Below the pieces are notes generated by a model that was not told the DNA's origin, did not search any database, and saw only the letters and a list, made by a program, of their open reading frames with translations. A stretch of DNA of 64,000 nucleotides from Massalongia carnosa (lineage: Eukaryota): assembly GCA_965645245.1 (NCBI GenBank), contig OZ287081.1:186001-250000 (forward strand), written 5' to 3'. Position 1 is the first letter of the stretch. Each line of letters begins with the position of its first letter. Of the stretch, positions 12,852-24,252 are shown one piece after another. A program made the translations under genes and the position numbers.

Positions 12852-15800
12852 GATTATCAGTGTTGATGTTATACTAAAACGTTAATTTAATAGACAAGGT
12901 TAGGTAAGTGATGACTGCTTGACTAGAATAGACTAAGGGTAGATTAGTTGATGGATGTTCATAAAACACCCACGATAGACAATAATCAAAATTATTCTCT
13001 TCAAAAACACTCGTGCATGCATCAAGTGATTAATTCACTTCAACAATCTGTTCGGTTTGGCTTGCAAGGCACTTTCACGGGGACAATGTTTGCATTTTTC
13101 GAACCCAGGGATAAGGTAAGTGCGTAGCCCAGGTATTCTTCACTGCCAGAGGAAGTGCATGCGTTGCACCTTTACTCCTCAACTGCATGCAAATATCGTT
13201 TCTTCCAGCTTCAAAACACTCCACAAAAAATATCTTTGAAGCCCGATTTCCCTAGAGGTATGGGGGATCCGAGACAAACAAAACATCCAAGGGGCTGGCT
13301 CCCGAGGAGTTGAGAAGATTCGGGTTTGCGCCGGCTTCCAGAAACGCAGTTGCCGTTTCTTTGCTTCCTAAAAAGGCTGCAAGATGAAGTGCAGTGTTGC
13401 CGTGATTATCTCTACTGTCGATATGGTGCTGTTTGGGAAGTTGGCGCACCAGCAGATTGATGGTCCTTCTCCTCCGAGAACAAGCAAATAGTTCCGTGTC
13501 GAGTATGCCTCCACCGGACTTTATACCGCAGGCCATCATAAGGGCGGAGTATTTGTTGATCTCGTCTACGATAAAAAGCAAATCCGGGGTCTCGGATTTC
13601 TGGCAAGCTGCAGAGGTACTCTATCGGCTTCTCGCCCACAGTCGTCGACCAAGCGATAAGGTGGCCGAACAACGATAGCTCTGCAAAGGCCATGCCTGCC
13701 GGACGGCTTGAGAGTAAAGTCTGGCGCTCGGTGTTAGGGGTTTTGCAAAGAAGACGATCTGCAACTGCGAAATTACAGTTAGCCACTGCCGTCATAAATG
13801 CAGTCATGCCATCCAACTCAGTCCTGTGGCCTAGGAGAGAATGAGCACCGTGGTCGAGAAGGATACCGGCTGACTCCGCGTTATTCGAGAAAACTGATAA
13901 TAGATGTAAGGTGCTCCGTTGAAACCCGTCCATACTGGTTGCGTCACCCCCGTAGTCGAGAACGATGTGTAAAATTTCAGGATCACCCCTGACTGCAGCT
14001 TCGTGAACTAGGCGATGTTCGACCCAAGCTAGATGTGAGAGCGGAAGTTTTGCGTGCTTAAGGCTGCTTGGATCTGCGTCTTTTATAGTCGCTATGCTCT
14101 TGCTGAGACCGTTGAGTACAATTTCTAGGATTTCTCCCCGACACTCAGACACAGCCTCTGAGACAAGGTATTGATAAAAAGTATCGACTTCAGCCCAATC
14201 ACGGAACGGAATGGGTGTCGACAACAGTAGCTTAAGAGCCCTCTCTTGTTCTTCGGGTTTGGCATAATTAATCAGTATTCGCAGATCACTCCATAAAGTC
14301 ATAACTGAAGACGCATCCTCTCTAGAAACCTTAAATTCGGGTTGTCTCGAAAACCTGTCAAAGGAACTGCGATCTTCCAGGGAAGCAAGCAAATCTCACA
14401 GGCGTTACTTTATCAAGAACAAGCATATTGATATCCGCCCCTTTTTTCAAGAGAGCGTCTACATATATCTCATTTCCCATAGCCATTGCCCAGTTGAGAG
14501 GAGGCCCTTTCACATAGAAACTTTTCAACCCGCCAAGAAAACTTGGTAGCGCCATTTCTTGAGTTACTTGCGCATTGATATCGGCACCGCGTAGGAGGAA
14601 TTCTTCCAATACCCGTGTAGGGTCCGGCAATGAGCCAAGCCAGTGCAGCGGAGTTTTACCGCCAGCATAAACCAAATCGACATCTACGTTAAGGTGCAGC
14701 AGTGCCAGAATCTTCTCCTCCCTCCCAGCACGACAAGCCATGAGCAACGGTGTCACTCCATCGGCGTTCCGCACGTTCTTGTCGATTTTCAGGACGGAAG
14801 TACAGTATTCCAGGACTGATATGTTAGAGTTTTCCGATCCAGCGGTTAAATTCAATAACGTGTTTTCAAAAAAACTCGTCCTGTCTTGCAGGTGATCCAT
14901 CAGCCATCGGGGAAAATTGCATTGACAGATCCGAGGTCGTCTCATACAAATCGCAAACGGCGTTGAATTTCGTGTTTACAAAGCTTGCCGTAGAGCCGTT
15001 GTAGACTTTACTTCTCGCCACAGCTACTGTTCTGGCTAAGATGGGATCTAATTCTGCTAAGGCGAGGTAAGCCTCGGATGGAATGCCATCTGCAAACAAC
15101 ACGATTATTGCCAGCCTTTTTCGAAAAGGTATTTGAGGGGAAATATCTCGATTTATAAACGAGTGTCGGCAGAGCCAAACATAGCAGTAATGACTTCCGG
15201 ACATGGCAGCATCTTCGAGGAACTTAAAAGCACGAGCAATATCTCTCTTGATGCCGAATCCTGAGATAGTGGTCAAAAAGAGTTGGTAGGCCGCCTCACC
15301 CTTTCGAAGAACAGCTTTGGATGAGTAAGATTATGTAAAGCTTGGGGAACTGCTGACTTGATAAGTGCTGAATTGGGTTGTGATGGCTGTGTTAAGCAAG
15401 TTTGTTTCAAACTTTCGCTACATTGCTGTAACTCCTTAATCAAAGCGTCAGGCGTCAATCGATGTGGATCCATGTCTATTTTACTCAAAGAATTGCACTC
15501 GAGGCACTGGTGAAGATGTTCAGTTCCGTTGTCATCTTCGTATATCGTTAGGAGTTCCTGAGTTAATCGAGAACGCGTGGCTGAGTTGAACATATGTTCA
15601 CGCCCCATGGTAAAGAGGGGTATCTATTTTAACCGTCAAAATCGCCAATCATAAGGAGACAATGAGACCACGTTTTTAGTTTTAAAAAAGGTTACCATAA
15701 CATACACTAAAGAATGAGGTCACTCACGAAGTTGGGAACTACACTTTTCGAAGTTGTAGATGAGAAGAAGGAAAAGATATTTAGAAGATCCGGCTCTTCC

Positions 15801-16312
15801 TCATCTTCCCCTGACGATTCCGAATTGCTGCTACGGTGGTGACTTGATAGTTGCTCGATAACGTTAATTATTCGTTCTGTGATTGCAGACGGACAGGATC
15901 TGATTCGAGATCCGCTTCGCGGTCTCGAACCATACGGGCATTTTGCGATAGTAACGGTACAGCCTCGAGTGTGGATTTTTCTATAGCCTCTAGCCTTTTT
16001 ATGGGGTCTTTCAGCAAAAGGCTCGCTAGTAAACGACTAAGGGGCAATGAGTTGTCTGGCGCAGTGCTGTCACCAAGGAGAGCGGAAAGACAATCGGTGT
16101 CTTTCAGAAACTATATCGCTAACAGTCTTTCTTCCTGAGACCATTCCGTCGGCATGATTTCTAATTCGTCCATTGGGTTTCTGCCATCTATCAAGAGGCG
16201 CCACAACAGCAGTCCAAGGAATACCAGTCGGTTGCGGCAATTGCATCGACATCTTCGAAATAGTCTGGGCACTGGCCGCCTCGAAAACGTCAGATTAATC
16301 TCAAACACCCTA

Positions 16313-18218
16313 ATCGTGCCACGCCTCACCCCCTAGCGGGGGTGCTGGCCACCCAAATGACATACACCACCCATATGACGTTTTTAATTAAAAAGTTCTA
16401 TTACCTCCTCAAAGGTAGCCCCATCCTCATATTCTATGTCTAATAACTCTATCCAGGTGTTGATCCACTGATCAGCTTTCTTACCTATCAATTTGAAGCC
16501 TTTGGCGCACTGTTTATTCCACTTATTTCGTGCATTTGCATCGATCCTCTCTTGCCGCTCCTTCGCTCTATTATGCTTAGCCACTTTCTCTAGCCTCCAG
16601 GCCTTAATTTTTCCTCTTACGTCGCCCACAGTTATAACACCGCCCTTTTGAGCAAGCGATCCATCTAGTGCTTCTCTTTTTGAGCGTTGTTTGTGATGAT
16701 TTTGAGTGGCTGCAATGTCTCGCTCCGCCAACGCTAGCGAATTCGCAGCTTCGAGCGACCCCTTTAAATATTGATCCATCTTTTTACGACGATCCTCGGG
16801 CAGATAAAAGTCTTCTAGACCTCTTTGTAACTCCCTTCCGCGTCTAAACAACTGCTTAGGACCATGTGGAGTGCCTTGAAAGGATGGTGACGAGCCGAAA
16901 GGGTCCGGAGTTGGCTCCTTTGAAGGGGGTTGCCAGCCACTTATTTTATCTAGCACCATCTTGGGTGAGTAAGGAATTAGACCAGTGTGTTCAAAGGCCG
17001 ATAGAATATTTGATCTAGTAAAGGCCTTTGCTCGCATGTCTGTGAAAGCGGCAAAAAAGTCTTGTTTGTTGAAATTATCGCTCCCGAGTCGAACAGCATC
17101 GTCAATTACATCGGAATGATAGTGCTTCATGGGCTGAAATATTCCCACATCCAATGGCTGAGTAACATATGTAGAATGCGGGGGAAGACCGAACCAGATG
17201 ATATTCTTGTGATTGCAGTACTCAATAAATTCGTATGTAAGATGAGATCCATAATTGTCCATGATGAGGAGTCTCCAGCCACCTACCTGAGTCTTCCGAC
17301 TATGTTTTTCAAAGTGCTGTATCCACTCATAAGCCTTAACATCATCGGAATACCCAGAGGAAGTAGTAGCAAGCAGTATATCGTCGTCGAGGTCGTTTTC
17401 TTGCACCCATTTATTTAGAATATAAAATCCGGGCACGATGAGCATCGGAGGGATCGTCGCTCCTCCACCACTAATACTTTCAACGTCACTGATCAGATCA
17501 CGTACACCCGGATCAGTAACACGAACAGGACCTTTGGCAAGCAATGTGATGACAGTATAACCCCTGCCAACGCCTATCCGAAAGCCTGACTCGTCCATGT
17601 TCCAAATATCTTCGGGTCCGATCCCCTTCTCGTGACAAATTTGACGAAATTCATGGAAGTAAGCCTTTGCAACATCGTTTGTAGGGAAGTCTTCCTTTCG
17701 ACTGCAAGAGGTGTCTGCTTCCTCCTATGAAATTGAGGGTGCTGAGCTAGAAATCGTGCTGGCCAGTGCTGTCCGACTCGGGGAGGATCGACAGAATTCG
17801 CTTGAGCAAGAAGGTAATTTGCTGCACCCCGCAGATGCCTGATGCGCGCAGAAATCGATAGTTTATCCAGTCTTGTCAAATATATGACTATTGCACCTCT
17901 TTGATCGTCAGTTAGAGCATGACCATGAGGCTCACGTTCAAAGAAGGAAGTATGGGTTCCAGCAATGCGTCTCTGAAGAGTTCTGACTTTGACGTTGAAT
18001 GCGACGGCAGCATCGGTTGCAAAGCGGTATTCGCCATCGCCAATAGCATCCAGGGCATCCTGAATATGATGCTCCAATTCTTCATAATTGGTAGGCATTG
18101 TGTTGTTGAATGGTGATCGTTGAATAGTTGAAGTCAAAAATCGAAAAAAACGTCATATGGGTGGTGTACGTCATTTGGGTGGCCAGCACCCCCGCTAGGG
18201 GGTGATGCGTGGCACGAT
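16313..18218 (-). mobile_element. pogo/Fot1 DNA transposon inserted in a kinase-gene intron
   Basis: About 70-bp TIRs atcgtgccacgc.tcaccccctagcggggg...; TA duplicated at 16311-12 and 18219-20, with a single TA at the empty site near 41902. Transposase 18098-16384 (WNMDESGF, LIMDNYGSH, QPLDVGIF) has one frameshift near 17680. Confidence 0.95.
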
Positions 18219-19312
18219 TACAGTAGAGTAGATGACTACCTCTGGGGCGCGCCACATGGATGTTCCACCAATCCAATATTTCTTCTTGCCATCACCATTC
18301 TCGATTATCGCCGAACAACCAAAGTCAGCGAGCTTTGGCTCCAACGCTCCTCCATCCCCAATCTTGAGTAAAACGTTTTCGGTTCAAGCCGCTTCCTATC
18401 TTTGATCCGATGATGCTTTTGACCGTGGCATCGATTGGAGGGTTGTTTGTCTGATGATCGGCCAAAGTCGTCTCGCAATATTCTAGCACAAGCGTCGGCC
18501 ACATTGGCATTCCGCTCTCATACCCTGCGCCAAACCTGTTCTCCCAAACGATCGCTTGCAGCTTCACGATACTCTCATGCTCACGGAGCGCGGGATGGAT
18601 GAGTGCCTGAATCTCCCGGCAGATGGCGTACAACTGTCCTTGATCGTCAATCTCCTGCGAGGCTTGGCTGCGAACAACCATCCGCTTAAAGGCGACATAG
18701 GAGTCGATTTAGGGGAAGATCTCCAATAAAGATGGTCAAATGCAACGCTCGGTAATTGAGGGGGCGCACTTGCTGCCGATAGACGGAGAAATACGTTCCT
18801 TTACCAATCGGCTCGCTATCACTCCACGATCGAATGGAGCGCGGCTTGAGCCCCAGACGCTGCAACCAGGCGATAAATCCGCCGTATGTCAGCCCGAGTA
18901 GATTCGGGACAGACCCCATCTGGCAGACCCCTCGTAAAGTTCTACTGCTTGTTAGGACTAGCTTAAGCCTCACCCTCACACTAAATTAATAGTCCATCTA
19001 CTAATGCAACATCCCCCCGCAAGCTTCATATACCCAGTCACTTGCAACATTACTTATTGCTGTAAACATCACACGTAGCTAGCCTCGGATTATTTGATGA
19101 GGGTAATCGTCCCATATACGCTGCGGGAGAGGGAGGGGTGGAGCCGGAAGAGGATAAGGAAGAGGATAAATAGAGGATAAGGAGGAGGTATGGAGGATGT
19201 TTCGCAATGAGTTTTCAGAGTTGAGGTCATCGCAATGAGTGTATATAATAGTAATGAAATAGTAGAGTGTAATATGTGTGACTTTTTCATACAGTCAATC
19301 TGGATATAACGA

Positions 19313-22300
19313 CTTATCCGAGGCCGATTTTTTTTTTGGGGCTGCGGGGTTGAGATTTAGCGTAAAAAATGCTGGCTTGGCGGTCCTTCGAAAAGTGGCC
19401 TTATCGCCTGTGACTTTGGGGTATAAACCCACTTATGGGCGTGACCCTGCAAAATCGTCACGCTGTATATGGACAACATCGCCCGTGACCAAGCTCCATA
19501 CCACGATTTTCTCTCCTCGACCCATTCAGTCGAACTGCAAAAAGCCTGCCTGTCCCCGTTTTGCGCCGCGAGCAATTTGCTGATCAACGAGCGTTCTACA
19601 TACCACGGATACCCTCTTTGGCGGCCGCACGATGGACCCGGGCCCCTCCGCTGCAGGCCCCGCTGTCGCAGATCCGGAGACGGCGGCGGTTATTTCTTGG
19701 CCTCCTCCTGAGGCTTACGTTGATGTCGACGCCGTCAAGCGTGAGTCTCAGGCCTATGCCACCCACGGCAACAACGAGGCCGCTATGGCCGCCACCATGA
19801 GGCGCGTCCGCGGGATGCGGGAGGAGGATCGGAGGGCCAACACCCTTAAGACGTACCGCAAGTGCTGGCATCTGTGGGAGGTGACTACGATAGGTATGCC
19901 CTGCAAATTTGGGCCTACGCTAACATCCTACAGAAGTGGTGCCGACGTCGCAATTTTCCTGACGGCGTCCTTGTGTGGGAGCGGAAGATGCTCCTCTTCC
20001 TCGAAGAGGTCGTCCTCCGCCTGCGCTTCGTCCCACGTCCAAAGCTCACAGGCGCAGCAGCGCAGGCCAGGCGGCGGGATCAGAATTGCCATCGGCAGGC
20101 TAAGCGCCGCGCGTTGAAGAGGGGGAATGGGAAGGCGATGGAGGCGGTGGAAGCCTCGCCAGCGGTAGAGGGAGAGGAGGTGGAGGAGGTGGAAAAATTC
20201 GAGGAATTCTCCGACGGCGAGGAGCTCGTTGAGACGGTGAGTCGGCCCCTGAACTCGAATTCAGGGATAGAATCATCTTTTTGTAGCTTACTGACTCGTC
20301 TTGCAGGAAGCCGACGACCCTTTATCCCGGCCCCTGGCGCCCGATAGCGTGGAATCGGGCTACGTCTCTGCCCTCTGCGCCCTCTTCGATGACCAGCATC
20401 TCGAAGAGAATTTGGTGGTGCCCATCCCAGAGGGAAGGCCACCAAAGCCCTGATGACGCGCTTACGCATCGATTGGAGCGCTTTCAAGCGGGCCTCGTTC
20501 GAGGATCGCGCGATCCACGGCCTCACCGACGGCTACACGACTGAGCAGGCCGCTCAATTGTCGGCAATGCTGCTCGCCGGGGGCAAGGTTTTGGGGAGGA
20601 GGGCGTGGCGGGCGGCGAGTGGCACCTCCTGCGGACTCGCCTCGACTTCCTCCTAATGCATTCGATGATGCTGCGGGGGGAGTCAACGCGGAGGGCTGAG
20701 CTACCTGACCTCTGCGCCTACGACCTCCCTAACGAGGGGTCCGATTGCCTTGCGTTGATCCTTCGAATTGGCCAGGGCAAGAGCATTCCTCTGGCGGACG
20801 GGGGCAACTCGCGCCGCCAGCATTACCATGGTGCTTTGCGGAGCAGAGATGTCGTCCTCTGTCCTCTCGGCGCCCTCGCCCACTGGCTCGTCTTGCGCTG
20901 GGATCTCCTCCTGGAGAAGCGGCCGGACTTCCGGGATCGATCTTCGTGGTATTTCACGAAGGTCATCTCCGGGAGCTTGGCGCGATCTAAGGAGGAGATC
21001 TCCGACAAAACACAGGCCCGATGGATCAAGCCGGCTTTGGATGCTGTCGGCGTCGACAGCTCCAAGACGGTCCACACCATGCGGCAGTCCTCGTCACGGC
21101 TGGCCGACATGTGGGAGGTCCCCGCGGACCAGGTAAGTACTCTACGATTCATGGCCCCTTATACTTACTAGCATTACCCTTATATCAACTACTACAGATC
21201 ATGAGAGCAGGCGGATGGGAACGTGGCGTCTGGGCCACTAACTACCTCACTCGCCTGCCGCGTGTCTACATGCGTCGCGCCGCCGGCTTTGGCAACTCCC
21301 CCGGGAGTTGCTTTTTGAGAAGAGGAGGACACTCACCGGATCTGGCCCTGCAGCGGCAGGTGTGGCCTTGGGTGGATGACGCTCTGGCGGCGTACAAAGG
21401 CGGTCTTTTTCCTGATGCGGATAAGGCAGGGAAGAAGGTTCTGGAGATGTTGCTGCGGCTGCGTTGTGTCTTCCTGCAAGACGCGGCGCTTCTACAGCCT
21501 CAGTATCCTGAGCTTTCGCTCTGGAGACACCAAGTCTTCAGAGATCCCCTTTGGCCTGCGTTCGCGGCGAAGATACGGGAGTTGGAGGCTGTAGAAAAGG
21601 AACCTTTGCACGTGGCCATCCACGGCGTGCTGCCTCTTGTTGCTGACTCCGTTGATGGCATCAGTAACAAGGTCAGCGGTGTTGCAATCAAGCAAGATCG
21701 CACGCTCAACGCTGTGGAGAGGTTGCTCTCCGGGCAGAGCCAGCTGACGACCACCTTGAGTGCGCTGCCGGCGGCAAATGCCCAGGAGATAGCTCGAGTC
21801 CTGGGTTCGCAGCTCTCACAATTGCAGGCCACGGTCTCGACGCTGCCTCGATCCTTTCTGACGGTTCCTGTGGAGGCTGTTCGGAGGGACTGGCTGCTGG
21901 ACGAGGCTTCTTGGCGAGGGCAGGCGACTGCTCTTGCGACGGCGGCGCACTCCGTTGGTGAAGAGCCTGCTGCGTCGGCGTCCTCGTACGTCGACGCAGT
22001 CGCTTCTCTCCTTCCTGCACCTTCTGTCGTCCTCACTTCCGTCCCCGGAGAGACGTCTACGGTCTCTGCGCCCTGTGGCTCCCTCCCCCAAGAGGGGCCG
22101 CTTCAACGTCCTCCTGGCTGCCCGGCGGAGCCCATTCTCGGCGGCGTGACCTCGGCGGAGGCGGTGTTGGAGGAATTCGCGGTTGGGACGTTGGTGGAGG
22201 GGGTCCAGCGTGCATCTCTCGACGAGTTGGACCGCCTCTTTGGGGCTAAGTGGAGGTACACTCCTGCCCTGAGGCAGCGGTTCTACGTCAAGAGACGGAT

Positions 22301-23000
22301 CCGTCGGTACCTTCAGGGGAAGGCGAATGAGCAGGGGAGGGATCCGTGGGATATTGCGCGGGAAGTTGACAGTTTGGGGCTCTCTAGACATCAGATCTCT
22401 AAGCGTATTGACGCTGGAGAGGATCTGCTTCGTAGATAGGCCAATGGTACCTCTCTTTCTCTCTACGAGTACTAGTCATGGAGGCCTGTAACACCGTTTC
22501 TACTAAGAAGCGATCACTCGTAATGTGCCCGTAGTACCTCCTCGTTCCTGTGACTGGGTGGGACATCTTGTGACGAGGCGTGCAACAGCACCACGTATCG
22601 CGCCATCAGCGCTACGTTAATTCTATTCGGGGTAAGATGTTTCTTCTATCCAGAAGAAGCTCTTTTCAGCAACCCAGTTTCAAAATTCTAGCAAAACCCC
22701 TTTATGGTTCGATTGCGAAGCGCAAATGTCGACCTTCGCAACGACCAGGGCCAAGCAGGGCGTCGGTTTTGCACGGCGATCATACACTTCACAGCACATT
22801 AAATCGGAAAATTCAGGCCCGGGTCTACTCGTTGAAGGATGCTCTATTTGACGGTTTAAATTGCTTCAAAATAAAAATTTTTCTCGCTGCGCGAGACTAC
22901 AACTTCGGGTCACTAAGGCTATTTGGCGTGACAAGAAAAAATCGCGGGATTTAGGATTTTAAACGCCGCTAAGTGTCACGGGCGATAATTATGGCTTATC
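19313..23000 (+). mobile_element. Crypton (tyrosine recombinase DNA transposon, CryptonF-like)
   Basis: GC-rich island bounded by a 6-bp direct repeat CTTATC (19313-18, 22995-23000). Subterminal inverted motif ttatcgcc(t/c)gtgac. Encodes a tyrosine recombinase gene. Boundaries are inferred. Confidence 0.8.
19632..22439 (+). pseudogene. Crypton tyrosine recombinase with GCR1_C-like C-terminal domain
   Basis: Motifs MMLRGESTR, GQGK, CPLGALA, HTMR, RAGGW and NYL; C-terminal LDELDRLFGAKWR. Introns at about 19881-19933, 20237-20306 and 21133-21197. Apparent frameshifts near 20400 and 20600. Confidence 0.85.
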
Positions 23001-24252
23001 AGCTAGGTATATGTTGCATTAGTAGATGGACTCTTAATTTAGTGTGAGGGTGAGGCTTAAGCTAGTCCTAATAAGCAGTAGAACTTTACGAGGGGTCTGC
23101 CAGATGGGCGGATCTACTCGATATCCTCATGATGTCAGTAGAAACGTCGGGCTCTATCGACGAATTTCGAGGATTCGAGAGGCTCGCTTCCCACGCTGCT
23201 CTAAATGCATTCTTTTTGCTTTTCTCTTACAGTAAAACAAGGATTGTGTCAAAAATCACCTAACCTAAAAGATATCGAAAGTTAACACCGAGTTATGTGT
23301 AATGTGTTAAAACGGGCAACCGATGCCAAATACCGAAACCAGCTGACAAAGCAATTTGCATCTGCCTCGGCAAGAAATGACCTGTGGCGGTGGCAAATTG
23401 GCATGGAGTCAGAAATCGCATCGGAAGAGACAGCCGATGAGATGGGAATGGAGGCTTCTGAAATCGCTGGTGGACCGGCATCAATAAGAGCAGTTTTACC
23501 CTAGTCATATCAAATGCCTAGTGCTACCATTTCACAGTTCTAACAAAGCATAATAGATTTTAAAAGCAGAATGCATTCTTTTGATATTGAGCTGTCGCGC
23601 ACAGAACGTGAAAGTTGTGATTCAGAGTGAGCGAATGCTTAGTGCTCATAGAAGAGTGATGCTGTGAACATCGTTATTCGACAAGTCGACTTCCACGTCA
23701 AGCAGCGTTAGAATCACGTTATGCATAATCGGAGAAGTTGAATCATTAGTACTAGTTTATTCTATGGACTTGATGGACTTGATGGAGTGCTGATAACATA
23801 AAATGTCTTCGTTCCCGTTTAACTCGATTATGATCTTGTGGAAGAATCCTCAGGGTTAGAGAGTAGTGCTTGAAGTAGTAGCCGACTTCTCGAATAACGA
23901 TGCTCACAGCAGTGTTAGAACACGCCATGCATACTCGGAGAAGTTGAATCATTAGTTCTATTCTATGGATTTGATGAACTTCCTACCCGTTTAACTCGTG
24001 GAAGAACACAACAACATGTAGCCTTATTTATCTACCTCGAAGATCATTGGCGATGACGTGTCTGAACTATGTACGCCGCCTAGATGCATTCGGTGAAACG
24101 AGTTGGACCAATCAGTGCTAAGAAAGCAAAAGGCTGCGCCCACCTGTCTCGGAGAAATTTTACTCTCTCTTGACCACCAGTACACCTCAGCATTGTTTTG
24201 AGAAGTCTACTGTTGCTAGCGCAATACCTTAGTCTACGACTATCATTATTTG

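Larger units (their letters stand above)
18895..23120 (+). mobile_element. Internally deleted MULE-like element C hosting a Crypton
   Basis: About 110-bp TIRs (18895-19012 and 23011-23120) beginning cgagtagattcgggacagacccc, related to the MULE-A TIR. 19195-19245 matches the 3' end of the MULE-A ORF (10655-10710). Confidence 0.85.
13075..23212 (-). pseudogene. Protein kinase-Sel1-ankyrin repeat protein, copy 1 (interrupted by pogo and MULE/Crypton)
   Basis: Kinase motifs IGKGTYFSVY, VAFK, KLADFG and WRAPE; Sel1-like repeat GFGIKRDIARAFKFLEDAAMSG; ankyrin motifs GVTPLLMAC, GKTPLHW and GNTALHLAA. The HGDLK loop is deleted at about 18385, the start codon is lost, and there are frameshifts. Confidence 0.85.

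Noticed and set aside
18686..18979. MRVRLK.../MGSVPN as the kinase N-terminus
   Set aside because: These starts lie within the MULE-C TIR; the probable true start corresponds to 38566 in the right arm.
19632..22439. Starship captain (DUF3435) interpretation of the tyrosine recombinase
   Set aside because: The motifs and GCR1_C-like tail fit a Crypton; the element is only 3.7 kb and is absent from the other arm.
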